NCBI GenBank assembly: GCA_024679065.1
Contig: JAGIQG010000009.1
Coordinates: 81,096,001-81,160,000, forward strand
Direction of reading: 5' to 3'
Source of the DNA: Sphyrna mokarran
Taxonomy: Eukaryota
Length of the DNA stretch: 64,000 nt
A model generated the notes under the pieces. It was not told the origin of the DNA. It worked only from the letters and a program-made list of their open reading frames with translations, and did no database searches. Shown here piece by piece: positions 49,425 to 62,621 of the stretch (positions within the stretch are counted from its first letter, which is position 1; each line of letters opens with the position of its first letter). Made by a program: the position numbers and the translations under genes.

Positions 49425-51491
49425 ACATCTGAAATGTGGAGCATATTTAAGGAACAGCTTCTGCATGTCCGTAATGAATATGTACCTGCCAGGCTGGGAG
49501 GAAGTGGTCGAGTGAGGGAACCATGGTGTACTAGGGAAGTTGAATCTCTGGTGAAGAGGAAGAAGGAGGCTTATATAATGATGAGACGTGAAGGCTCAGT
49601 TAGGGCAATAGAGAGCTATAAATCAGCCAGGAAGGAGCTAAAGAGGGAGTTGAGAAGAGCTAGAAGAGGACACGAGAAGACTTTGGCGGATAGGATTAAG
49701 GAGAATCCTAAAGCTTTTTACAGGTATATAAATAATAAAAGATTGGTTAGGGCAAGATTAGGGCCAGTCAAAGATAGCAGTGGGAAGTTGTGCGTGGAGC
49801 CTGAGGAGATAGGAGAGACACTGAATGAGTATTTTTCGTCAGTATTCACGCAGGAGAAAGACAATGTTGTCGGGGAGAATACTGCAATACCAGGTTGTAG
49901 ACTGGGTATGATTGAGGTTCATAAGGAGGAGGTGTTAGCGAATCTTGAGAGTATGAAAATTGATAAGTCCCCTGGGCCAGATGGGATTTACCCTAGGATT
50001 CTCTGGGAGGCTAGAGAGGAGATTGCAGAGCCTTTGGCTTTGATCTTCATGTCGACATTGGCTACAGGTATAGTGCCGGAAGACTGGAGGATGGCAAATG
50101 TTGTCCCTTTGTTCAAAAAGGAGAGTAGGGACCATCCTGGAAATTATAGACCGGCGAGCCTGACTTCTGTTGTGGGCAAGGTCTTGGAAAGAATTATAAG
50201 GGATAGGATTTATCATCATCCAGAGAGGAATAAATTGATTAGGAAGAGTCAGCACAGTTTTGTGAAGGGTAGGTCGTGCCTCACAAACCTTATTGAGTTT
50301 TTTGAGGAGGTGACCAAAGAGGTAGATAAGGATAAGGCAGTTGATGTCGTGTATATGGATTTTAGCAAAGCGTTTGATAAGGTTCCCCATGGTAGGCTAT
50401 TGCAGAAAATGCAGATGCGTGGGATTGAAGGTGATTTAGCAGTTTGGATTAGGAATTGGCTAGCTGATAGAAGACAGAGGGTGGTGCTTGATGGGAAATA
50501 TTCAACCTGGAGTGCAGTTACAAGTGGTGTACCTCAAGGATCTGTTTTTGGGCCACTGCTGTTTGTCATTTTTATAAATGACCTAGATGAGGGTGTAGAG
50601 GGTTGGATTAGTAAATTTGCTGACGATACCAAAGTGGGGGGAGTTGTAGACAGCGAGGATGGATGTTACAGTTTGCAGAGGGACATAGATAGGTTGCAGA
50701 GCTGGGCCATGAGGTGGCAAATGGAATTCAATACGGATAAGTGTGAGGTGATTCACTTGGTAGGAATAACAGGCATATGAAATATAGGGTTAATGGAAGG
50801 ACCCTTAATAGTGTTGTCGAGCAGAGGGATCTTGGGGTACAAGTACATAGCTCTTTGAAAGTTGTCACCCAGGTTGATAAAGTTGTTAAGAAGGCGTACG
50901 GTGTGTTAGCTTTTATTGGTAGAGGGATTGAATTTAGGAGCCGTGAGGTTATGTTACAACTGTACAAAACTCTGGTGCGGCCGCACTTGGAGTATTGCGT
51001 ACAGTTCTGGTCGCCGCATTATAAGAAAGATGTGGAAGCATTGGAAAGGGTGCAGAGGAGGTTTACCAGGATGTTGCCTGGTATGGTGGGAAGGCCTTAT
51101 GAGGAAAGGCTGAGGGACCTGAGGTTATTTTCATTAGAGAGAAGAAGGTTATGCGGTGACCTAATTGAGGCGTATAAGATGATCAAGGGATTGGATAGGG
51201 TGGATAGTGAGAGCCTTTTTCCTCGGATGGTGATGTCCAACACGAGGGGACATAACTTTTTTAAGAGGTGTTAGTTATAGGACGGATGTCAGAGGCAGGT
51301 TCTTTACACAGAGGGTGGTGACAGTGTGGAATGCCCTGCCTGCAGCAGTTGTGGACTCGCCTACTTTGGGGGCATTCAAATGTTTGGTGGATAGGCATAT
51401 GCATGATATTGGAATAGTTTAGGTTAGAGGGTCCACTGGCCGGTGCAATATCGAGGGCCGAAGGGCCTGTACTGCACTGTAATGTTCTATG
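49425..51491 (+). mobile_element. 5'-truncated CR1, same subfamily as 37557-40538
   Basis: ORFs 49434-50780 and 50777-51274; empty site at ~26265. Confidence 0.93.
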
Positions 51492-53552
51492 ATCATCCAC
51501 TCCATCACTAAGAACACCTATTTCCACCCGGGAAACATCTCCCGAGTCCTCCCTACCTCACATCATCTTCTGCTGAAAATCTCATCCGTATCTTTGTTAC
51601 CCTCTGAACATTACTATTCCAATGCTTTCCTGGTCGACATCACACCTACCACCCTCTTTAATCACCAGCTCACCCAGAACTCACACCAAATCCCGTTCAC
51701 CCGTCACCCCCTGTTCTCACTGACCTACACTGACCCCTGGTCCAGCAATGCCCTGATTTTAACATTCTCATTCTGCCTCTCAAATCCCTCCCTATCCTGC
51801 ACCCTCCCTATCTCTGTAACCTCCTCCAAGCTGCCTCATTTAGTGTGCTCAGTAATCTTGGATATGTGACTCTCTATTCCTTCGTCCAAGTCATTGACAA
51901 ATATAGTGAAAAACTGAGGCTTCAGCACAGTTCCCTGGGGACATCACTATTCACAGCTTGCTGATTGGAAAATACACACACATTATCCCTACTCTCTGTC
52001 TCCTATCTCCGAACCACTTCCTTATTCATGGCAAAAGCGTTCTTCAAATTCCACATGCTTCCATTTTTATTCACAGACTCTCATGTGGAACCTTCCCAAA
52101 TATTTTCTGGAAATACAAAGAAATAGCATCCAGAACAATTATAACCAGCTTAGTTGAACATGTCTGAATCTTTTAAAATTCATGTTGACTCTTTCTGACC
52201 AGTTCCTGTTTCTCACTCGTTCTGTCTCTAATAAAACATTTCAGTCAGTTTTCCCACAACACACATTAAACTGAGCTGTTAGCTGTGAATGACTCTAGTA
52301 AAACAGCTAGTACAGACATGAGGGACTGAATGGTCTCTTCCTGTGTTGTAGATCTATCTGACTCCTTGACTGAAACATCTGGATTGGAACAGGAGATGGG
52401 CTGGAGGTGAAACAATGAGTTGAAGTTAGACAGAGTGTTATTAGTAGGTCATGTCCAATGTATAGTTTGTCCATTACTTCCTCGAAAAGATGTAGTCAAA
52501 TTTTCTGAAAAACTAAGCGCCCATTGCGGCTGGAAAACAGGACATTTTCCCACCATTTTCTGGGCATATTTACTCAGTTGAATTTCCAGCACTGGGCGTT
52601 TAACAAAATCTGCCAGGGATTTACACCAGTGGATGGGGTTAATCCCATCCGTGAGGCCAGGATTAACACTCCCTCATCCCTGCCTTGCGATATCTTCCCC
52701 AATCTAATTCCCCATCCCCTGATCACAGGCCCTGACACCCCCAACCCCGATCTCACTTTCCCGAATCGACTGGCCTCCCAACCTCCCCCCTAGTCACCGG
52801 CCTGACTCCCCACGCCTAACACCATCCCTCTTTGCCCAGTTGCCAGCCCCCTTCAACAACCCTACATCCAATCACCGATACCAACCCCCACCCCTACACC
52901 CCTTCCCCATCCAAATGCCTCCCCAATGGCTCCCACCTCCTCATCCCCCAGTTGTCGGCCCCCTCCCTGATCGCCGGGTTCCCAATGGCTTCCTCAATTA
53001 GAAGGTTCCTGCTGAACTCAGCAACAATTCTGCATTGCCCCCCCACCCCCCCACCACCCTGAGCTTTTAAACAAACATCAGCGATGGAATTGTGGAGAGA
53101 CACAGAAAGAAACTTTAGTAAAAGTCAAACCAGCTTTCCCGTCATCGTCATTGCTTGTGCACTTTGATCCGAGCAAACCGTTCGGAATCATTTGTAGCTT
53201 CGCCGTACCTTGTGGGGGATGAACACACAGTAGATGGACAGTTGGGAGTGAGGTTCAGTCAGATATAGAAGGAAAAGTCGGTGAGTCCAGCAGGCAGAGA
53301 AGACTTGGGCTTGATAAGGCACATGGGAGGATTGGAAGGTTAAACAGCATCCATTTTAATACAAGGAGCCTGTCTGATCAGGCAGATGAACTTAGAGATT
53401 TGGGGAAATATGAGATTGTTATAATCACTGAGATGTGGTTGAAAGAAAGGCAGGACTGGAATCTCGACATTGCAGAGTATAGAGGTTCCAGGCATGATGG
53501 TGGTGGAGATGTAAGAGAAGATGTAAGAGATTAAAGAGACCATCACTGCAAT

Positions 53553-54190
53553 AATAGAACATAGAGCATAGAACACGACAGCACAAAGAGGCCCATCGGC
53601 CCGCATATTGTGCTGATCATATCTATACCTACCAGGCCATAGAACTATCTGTAACTCCCAATCCCATTAACTCCCATGTACTCACCCAGAAGTCTCTTAA
53701 AAGAGCCCAGTGAGTTCGTCTCTACCACCGCTGACGGCAGCCGATTCCATTCACTCACCACCCTCTGAGTGAAAAACTTATCTCTAACATCTTCTCTGTA
53801 CTTGCCCCCCAGCACCTTAAACCTGTATTCTCTCATAGTGACCATTTCAGCCCTGGGCAATAGCCTCTGAGAATCCACTCTATCTATTCCTCTCAACATC
53901 TTATAAACCTCTATCAGGTTGCCTCTCAACCTTCGTCTTTCCAGGGAGAAGAGACCTAGCTCTCTCAACCTATCTTCATAAGGCATGCCCCCAATCCAGG
54001 CAACATCCTTGTAAATCTCCTCTGCACTCTCTCAATAGCTTCCACATCCTTCTTATAGTGAGCCAACCAGAACTGCACATAATATTCCAAACGGGGTCTG
54101 ACAAGTGTCTTATAAAGTTGCAGCATTACTTCCCGACTCCTAATCTCAATTCCTCTATTAATAAAGGCCAGTACACCATATGTCTTCTTG
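53553..54190 (-). mobile_element. CR1 3' fragment
   Basis: ORFs 53645-53986 and 53965-54225 with CR1 RT C-terminal motifs. Confidence 0.85.
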
Positions 54191-54764
54191 GATAATGAGG
54201 CAGGATATGTTGGAACGCTCTTCAAATATGGCCATATGGGTGGAGCTGAGAAATATAAAGAGCAATCATTGTATGGGATTATAGCACAGCCCTCCCAACA
54301 CTCAGAGGGAGATAGAGGAGCAGATATGTAGGCAAATCACAGAGAGAGGTGTGAGAGGAATAGGGCTATAGTAGTCGGGGATTTCAACCTCTCCAATATT
54401 CATAGAATCACCTCAGTGTGAAAGGGCTGACACAGTGGCACAGTGTTTAACGCTGCAGCCTCACAACGCCAGGGACCCAGGGTCAATTCCAGCATCGGGT
54501 CATTGTCTGTGTGGAGTTTGCACGTTCTCCGCATGTTTGTGTGAGTTTCCTCTGGGTGCTCTGGTTTCCTCCCACAGTCCAATGATGTGCAGGTAGGCTG
54601 ATTGGCCATGCTAAATTTCTCCTTAGTGTCAGAGTGACTAACAAGTTCAATACAAAGAACAAAGAACAAAACAGCACAGGAAACAGGCCCTTCGACCCAA
54701 CGAGCCCACGCCGCCACCTCAATGTTCACACTTCTCTCCGTGATCCCTGTCATCCCTGTTTCTG

Positions 54765-55365
54765 TTGGACCAATTCTGTCCCATAGAATGGCAGATGGGA
54801 TGGAGAGGCCAAATTCATTTTCTTTGAGGACTTTGTTAAATGTTGACAAAATGTTCTCACAAATTGACATAGAAAGCCCAGCAGTTATCCACACAGTGAA
54901 AAATTTCACCAATATGTCTATAAGCGGCATTTCACCATCGCGTCAGACCATAAGCCATTGTTGGGACTTTTCCAGGGCATTAAGCCAGTGCCACCTATTG
55001 CCTCTGCCAGGGAGCAGAGATGGGCATTGCTGCTGGCACTAAACACTAAACATTCTGGCATAGGCCGGGAACACAGATCTGAAATGCAGATGCATTGAGC
55101 CGCCTGTCGCTGCCACAGACCATACTGTCACGGTCTGTTCCACAGGAGATAGTATTGGCTCTGCATTATTTGGACACCCTGCCTGTCTCAGCAGCCCACA
55201 TTCAGATGTGGATAGATAGGGAGCTGGTGTCAGCAAAGGGCAAGAAAATGGTACTGACCGGGCGGCACTTTGACAAGGCAGAGCAAATGAAGTTGTATTT
55301 ACATTGCAGGGATCAGATACCCTGTGAAGAGGGGGTGCTATTGTGGGGGAGGTCTGTGTCAGCAT
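54765..55365 (+). mobile_element. Truncated third copy of the Gypsy relic
   Basis: Matches ~390-995. Confidence 0.75.
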
Positions 55366-55468
55366 ACATAGAACATAGAATATAGAACACTACAGCACAG
55401 AACAGGCCCTTCGGCCTTCGATGTTGCGCCGACCAATATAAAAAGCAATGCCTCTCCAAACTAAACCA
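55366..55468 (-). mobile_element. ~100-bp CR1 3' UTR insertion
   Basis: (CATAGAA)n tail; matches 11057-11152. Confidence 0.8.
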
Positions 55469-55937
55469 CTTTCCTGCTCTTTCCTGTGACCAGGTTCACC
55501 TGCCCCTTCCCCTTGCGATTGTTCCATTGCTTTGTTCCAGAAACTTTCTGGTTGTGGTCAGGGTTCTCTCCACTGCAACCCGAGACATTCGGTCTGGGCT
55601 AGTGTTGATGTTCAACATTCTGTCCCACCTTGGACTGAATACATAACCAGTGAGGGTCCGACCCACACGATGAGAGTTTGTCACCGTAAAGGAGTCAGGG
55701 ATCCCGAATGCTGCCACATAACCTGTGTGTGATAATTATTCACTGGATTTAGCTGAGAGTTACAGAATATTGGATGTTGTTTTGGAACAAAGGGAAATCT
55801 CAATGTTCAGGAAACAGAGGTGATTGAGAAGAAAGGGGTAGCTTCATGTAATGGTGTGTCTAGCCCTGAGTTCATGCATATAGTTAAATGCATTGTCGTG
55901 TATTATCGAGTTTGTGTGTTTTGTTTTCTTTCTACAT

Positions 55938-56785
55938 GTTGTAGATAGTCTGGAGGGATGTCTGAAGTTGCAGTGAGACATAGATAGGATGCAAGACTGG
56001 GCGGAGAAGTGGCAGATGGACTTCAACGTGGACAAATGTGTGGTGGTCCATAATATCAAGGGGAGGAATCTTGGCAGTATTGAGGAGCAGAAGGATCTTG
56101 GGGTCCGGGTCCATCGGTTTGTTAAACTGCCCCGCAAGTGGAGGATGTGGTCAAGAAAGCATACGGTGTACTGGCCTTCATTAATAGAGGGATTGAATTT
56201 AGGAGTCAGGAGGTAATACTGCGACTTTATAAGACCCTTGTTAGACCCCACTTGGAGTATTGTGTGCAGTTCTGGTCACCTCACTATAGGAAGGATGTGG
56301 AAGTTATTGGGAGGGTGCAGAGGATATTTACAAGGATGTTGCCTGGATTGGGGGACATGCCTTATGAAGATAGGTTGAGAGAGCTTGGTCTCTTCTCCCT
56401 GGAGAGACGAAAGTTGAGAGGAGACCTGATAGAGGTTTATAAGATGTTGAAAGGAATAGATAGAATGGATTCTTGGAGGCTATTTCCCAGGGATGAAATG
56501 GTTGCTTTGAGAGGACACAGGTTTAATGTGCTGGGTGGCAAGTACAGAGGAGATGTTAGAGTTAAGTTTTTCACTCAGAGGGTGATGAGTGAATGGAATC
56601 GGTTGGCGTCAGTGGTGGTAGACGCGAACTCGCTGGGGTCTTTTAAGAGACTTCTGGATGCGTACATGGGATTTAATGGGATTGGGAGTTATAGATAATT
56701 CTATGGCCTGGTAAGTATCAATATGATCGGCACAACTTATGGGCCGAAGGGCCTGTTTGTGCTGTAGTGTTCTATGTTCCATATT
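55938..56785 (+). mobile_element. CR1 insertion at the same site as 3134-4014
   Basis: Same insertion point and 5' truncation. Confidence 0.88.
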
Positions 56786-58198
56786 CGAGGAATGAATATT
56801 CTGTATTAATTATTCACACAAAGACTGGACTATTTTTCCCTGGTTCACACACTTTTCTCACAGGATACTAAAGTGAAAATCTACACCACTAAGAACCAGT
56901 GTTCCATGTTCCCATTCTGAGCTTTGAGATCCTTTCACATTTAACATCAGTGTGGGTCTTAACACCTCAAACAACATTCTATTCTCTCAAAAGTAACTCT
57001 GGAGATTGTTGCTGGTGATTTTAAAATGATTCCAGATCCGTATAATTTTATTGTTGAGCTGCCTTCTTTAACCTGCTACAAATTGCATCCATTAAACTTT
57101 TGGATTTATATTTTGGGAAGAGACAAACACATTTTAAACTCTTCTTTCAGCACAGAAACTTTCAGCATTTGGATTTGTGTCAATTGTTGTCAAAGCTTTG
57201 AAAAGAAACATTTCCTGTTGAGAACATTATCAGGACCCAAACATGAACCTTTAACTTTGTAAGAATTATAATTTCCACAATCAAAATTGAAACTCCCTCT
57301 TCCTGGTGTGTGTGGCTTTGCATCCAAATTGAAAGTCCCACATGTTTATTAAGACATATTCTTTATCTTAGATAACATCTTTGTATCTCAAAGGTCACTT
57401 GCTGAAAGGTCAGATTCTTATTGAACAGTGTGTCCATATCAGATCTCCTGTCCCCAAGTAGAAAATAACAGAGGTCCTGAAGGGGTTAAATCATTTTCCA
57501 CAGAATCCCTATCGTGCAGAAGGAGTCCATTTGGCCCATCGAATCTATACCATCAACAATCCCATCCCATGTCCTATCCCTACGACCCCACACATTTACC
57601 TCACTAATCTCTCGAACGTCCACATCCTGGGACACTAAGGGGCAATTTAGCATGGCCAATCAACCTAACCCACAGATCTTTGATTGTGGAAGAAATCCGG
57701 AGCACCCAAAGAAAATCCACGCAGACATGGGGAGAATGTGCAAATTCCACAGTGATCCAAACAGGGAATCAAGCCCGGCTCCTTGGAGCTGTTAGACAGC
57801 AGTGTTAACCACTGTGCCACTTGGTTCTAAACCATGGCCATGGTGTGGGAATAAAAATCTTAATGTTGCTGGCAATGTTGTTCCATTTGTGATTCTCTGG
57901 AAATAAAAACACAAAGCCCATTCTGCTCGAGGGGGGGAATGAATTCAGCAATCTGAAAGTTTAAGCTGTTGTTACAAAGAGTTCACTCTAGGCCCGATCT
58001 TACCAATTGGAGCCGAAGGGCCGGATCCAGGAATAACACCGATCCGAGCCCGGAATTGTCACTGCAGCGAGCCCATATGCTTCTTATATATATTTTGAAA
58101 TAATGTAGCATCTTCTTTGTGCTGCCTAATTATCTGTGGGAAAGATAATTAAACTACAGTGTGCTAGTGAGCAACTAGTGAGTTGTCTGTCCCCGTAA

Positions 58199-59784
58199 GC
58201 ATCAATTTTAAATCCAACCAATTTATTTGATAGTAAATTCGCGAGCTTTCGATGCTATGCACCTTCCTCAGGCAAATGCAGTGTTCTGATCTGCAGAGGC
58301 ACTCATATCCACACAGACAGTCAGAGATTGCTGATTAGAATGCGAATCCTTACATCTAACCTGCTATTCAAGTGTTAAAGTGGCTAACATGGTGAACAAT
58401 CATTGAAACAACTGTATGATGATATCAATAAGTTCCATCCCACCATCAGACTCACCATGGACTATTCTCCAGAATCAGTTGCATTCTTGGACACACACAT
58501 CTCCATCAAGGACGGTCACCTCAGCACCTCACTGTACAGCAAGCCGACAGACAACCTCACAATGCTCCACTTCTCCAGCTTCCACCCTAGACACGTTAAA
58601 GAAGCCATTCCCTATGGACAAGCCCTCTGTATACACAGAATTGCTCAGATGAGGAGGATCATGACAGACACCTCCAGACGCTGAAGGATGCCCTTGTGAG
58701 AACAGGATATGGCGCTCGACTCATCGATCGACAGTTCCAACGTGCCATAGCGATAAACTGCACTGACCTCCTCAGAAGACGAACACGGGACAAGGTGGAC
58801 AGAGTACCCTTTGTTGTCCAGTACTTCCCCGGAGCGGAGAAGCTACGACATCTTCTCCGGAGTCTTCAACATGTCATTGATGACGATCAACATCTCGCTA
58901 GGGCCATCCCCACCCCGCCACTTCTTGCTTTCAGACAACCGCACAACCTCAAACAGATCATTGTTCGCAGCAAACTACCCAACCTTCAGGAGAACAGTGA
59001 CCACAATACCACACAACCCTGCCACAGCAACCTCTGCAAGACATGCCAGATCATAGACATGGACGACATCATCAAACGTGAGGATACCATTCAACAGGTA
59101 CACGGTACATACTCTTGCAACTCGGCCAACGTTGTCTACCTAATACGTTGCAAGAAAGGATGTCCGAAGCATGGTACATTGGGGAGACCATGCAGACACT
59201 ACGACAGCGGATGAATGAGCATCGCTCAACAATCACCAGGCAAAACAGTTCCCTTCCTGTGGACGAACACTTCAGCAGTCATGGGCATTCGGCCTCCGAC
59301 CTGCGGGTAAATGTTCTTCAAGGGGGCCTTCGTGACACATGACAGCTCAGAGTCGCTGAGCAGAGACTGATAGCCAAGTTCCACACACATGAGAACGGTC
59401 TTAACAGGGATCTTGGCTTCATGTCACACTATCTGTAACCCCTGTAACTTGCCTGGGTTAGCAAAAAACCTCACTTACTGTGCTGTCTGGAGATAATACA
59501 CAATTGTCTAACCAATGCTCAGGATTTTTTCACACACATTGTTAGCCACTTTAACACTTGAATAGCAGGTTAGATGTAAGGATTCGCATTCTAATCAGCA
59601 ATCTCTGACTGTCTGTGTGGATATGAGTGCCTCTGCAGATCAGAACACTGCATTTGCCTGAGGAAGGTGCATAGCATCGAAAGCTCGCGAATTTACTATC
59701 AAATAAATTGGTTGGATTTAAAATTGGTGTTGTAAAACCTTACTGAGTTTACCCCAGTCCAACGCCGGCATCTCTACATCAACA
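58199..59784 (+). mobile_element. Penelope-like retroelement (RT C-terminus + GIY-YIG endonuclease), 5'-truncated, with inverted pLTR copy
   Basis: INKFHPTIRLT..AFLD..LYSKPTD (PLE RT); CHSNLCKTC; NVVYLIRC..WYIGET (GIY-YIG); ~58203-58389 is the reverse complement of ~59540-59726; empty site at ~32432. Confidence 0.9.
59652..59704 (+). ncRNA. Hammerhead-ribozyme-like motif in the PLE pLTR
   Basis: CTGAGGA (59658-59664), A, stem GGTGC-ATA-GCATC, GAAA (59679-59682), palindromic TCGCGA, CTA; possible stem I ATTTG/CAAAT. Confidence 0.5.
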
Positions 59785-61698
59785 CTGTAACCATGAGCCA
59801 GGTGCTCAAATGTTCAGTCATGTGGTGAACTTGGAAGAATTGTCCCCGTGGTGGAACTTGGTTGGATATAAGATTCAAGGAGATTATTAAATCTGGGAAA
59901 TGAACCATAGTGAAAAGAAGTTTGTATTGGCAACTCTTCTCTCACATTCCATGGCAGATGTGTCCCTCCTTATGAATGTGATTTGCACGGACAATGTTGG
60001 GGGCAGCTAATCTGCCTCTGGAGCAGCCTTGGATCCTTTCGTTCTTCTTTTCATCTGAACATTGCACAGAATTAGAGGAATTCCCTTTGGAAAATAATGT
60101 CAAAATTATAATGGCAGGAACTAAAAACCCAACAGTCAAAAATTTGGGAAAATATTTAAAATATGGATGGGAGGGTATATATTTTGAAATATTTTCCCAA
60201 AGACTGTCAGATTGGAAGATTGAAACGTAACCAACAGAGGAAGTGAAAGAAGCAGCCGAATATTTGTTACTGAGACGGGAACAATTATCTGAACATCATT
60301 AAACTTTCAGACTCAAAAGAAAAAAAAACACTAGCAGTGGAGGGGGTGGGAGGAATCTTGGAGACTGACACCGACAGGAACAATCTAAACAGCTGAAACT
60401 CCCATTTCCTCAGTCCCTGCCCGTCACTGCTCAGGAACTCCCCGAGGGGAACCCTCTCGCTCTGTCTCTCTCTCTCTGTGCTTCTGTCTTCCTCTCCTCT
60501 CTCTCACTCTCTCTCCTGGATGAAAGCTTTAATAACTTGCAGCAAATTAATTCATTTCCATCTTTCTAATTATTTGAAAAATTCACTGAGTGACATTTTG
60601 AGTCGCCAATCTAAATTTTTCCCTCTCACTCACTCCACCTGACACCAGGAAATGGTCAATACTGTTTTACTGTACCAGTTCGAGCAGCTGGATGTTTGTT
60701 ACTGAGACGGGAGGAAATGGTGAACCGTGTTCACTACCTCCAATCTCCCAGCACAGAAGGCACAGAGGGATACAGTCAGGAGGGAGTTATCCTGGGAATC
60801 CTCAACAACATTCCAGACTCCATGTAGTCTCTCGGTACCATGTCAAACACAGACAAGGAAACCTCCTCTGGTTACCACATACCGTCCCCCCCTCAGCTGA
60901 TGAATCAGTTCTCCTCCGTGTTGAACACCACTTGGAGGAAGCACTGAGGGTGGGAAGGACACAGAATGTACTCTGGGTGGGGAATTCAATGTCCATCATT
61001 AAGAGTTACTCCTTGTGGTTCACCAGGATGTTGCTGAGTATGGAGGGTCTTAGCTGTGAGGAGAGATTGGGTAAACTGGGGTTGTTCTCCCTGGAAAGAT
61101 GGAGAATGAGGGGAGATCTAATCAAGGTGTACAATATTATGAAGGATATAGATAAGGTGAACAGTGGAAAACTTTTTCCAAGGTCGGAGGTGACGATCGC
61201 GATGGGTCACAGGCTGAAGGTGAGAGGAAGGGGGAATAACTCAGATATCAGAGGTACATTTTTTACACAGGCGGTGGTGGGGGCCTGGAATGCACTAACA
61301 AATAGGGCGGTGGAGGCGGACACGCTGGGATTGTTTATGACTTACCTGGATCGTCACATGAGCAGACTGGGAATGGAGGGATACAAACAAATGGTCTAGT
61401 TGGACCAATGAGAGCACAGGCCTGGAGGGCCAAAGGACCTGTTTCCTATACAGTGATTTTTTTTTTGTTCTTTGTATTTGAAATGATGGGAGTAGTGAGA
61501 CCGTGTGAGAGGGGAAGGTCAAGGGGAAGGTGGTGAATATGGGATGGAGAATTGTAATTGTGATGGTTTAATCCCAGCAACTTTCAGTTTCTTTTCTGTT
61601 TTCAATCTTGTCATTCAAGAGATTCCAGATCAAACTGATCATTTTCAAATGATTGATCATTGGATTTGAATCCAATCTTCTGCTGATGTGTCATTGAT

Positions 61699-62014
61699 GA
61701 TGATGTGGAGATGTCGGCGTTGGACTGGGGTAAACACAGTAAGAAGTCTCGCACCACCCGGTTAAAGTCCAACAGGTTTATTTAGTAGCACAAACCACTC
61801 GCTTTCGGAGCACTGACCCTTCATCAGGTGAGTGGGAATTCTGCTCACAAAGAAGGCATTTAAACACAAAATTGTAAATTATGTTCATATCTTTATATAT
61901 CCTGTTTGTGAACAGAATTCCCACTCACCTGATGAAGGGTCAGTGCTCCGAAAGCGAGTGGTTTGTGCTACTAAATAAACCTGTTGGACTTTAACCTGGT
62001 GTCAGACTGCTTAC
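61699..62014. mobile_element. Penelope-derived palindrome, unit 3
   Basis: Homologous to 7625-7940. Confidence 0.8.
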
Positions 62015-62236
62015 TTTGTCATTGATTGACAGTCCAAGCAACCAATCAGGACAATCACTTGGTGAAATGCAGCCAATCAGCTGATGGGGAGGTGGGACAT
62101 TTCCAAAGCACTCACCAGACATATACTGAATATTCTTAATGTTTATTACCTTTTACACATTGACATTGACAGAAAAAAGACTTGAATAAACAGCCCAGCC
62201 AGAGGAAGCTGGAGAAATTCACAGGGAAAATGGAGG

Positions 62237-62242
62237 TTTATT
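62237..62242 (-). terminator. Polyadenylation signal of kappa C3
   Basis: AATAAA at the homologous position. Confidence 0.7.
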
Positions 62243-62621
62243 AAAACACTTGTGGAGATTTTCTCAATAGCATGAGATTCCTGTCCTTTTAAACAGTAAC
62301 TAAAGCTTCAATTGTAACTGCAGGGTGAGCAGGAAGGAGGTCTGGTTCACTGAAGCAGATACTTCAGAGGGTCACATTATATTTGTACAGCTGACGGTCT
62401 TCAGCACTCCCAATAAAGGAGCAGCACGGGGTTAATAGAGAGTAAAGCTCCCTCTACAATATCCCAACAATGTTCTTTAACCCCTGACCCTCAGAAGTGT
62501 TTCAGACCCAGTCACAGGAAGGAAAAGAATTGTAATTCAATGCTGACAGTGATCTTTACCCTTCCAGCTCACCTCTGTTCTATTACAAGTTGTGTCTCCT
62601 CTGTGGACTGTTTCTAACAAT

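Larger units (their letters stand above)
8548..62621. repeat. Two full periods of a ~27-kb tandem segmental duplication (C-stop spacing 26,731 and 27,343 bp)
   Basis: Colinear homology of C, intron, J, V, promoter and spacer blocks; 1-8547 is homologous to the other two spacers. Confidence 0.95.
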
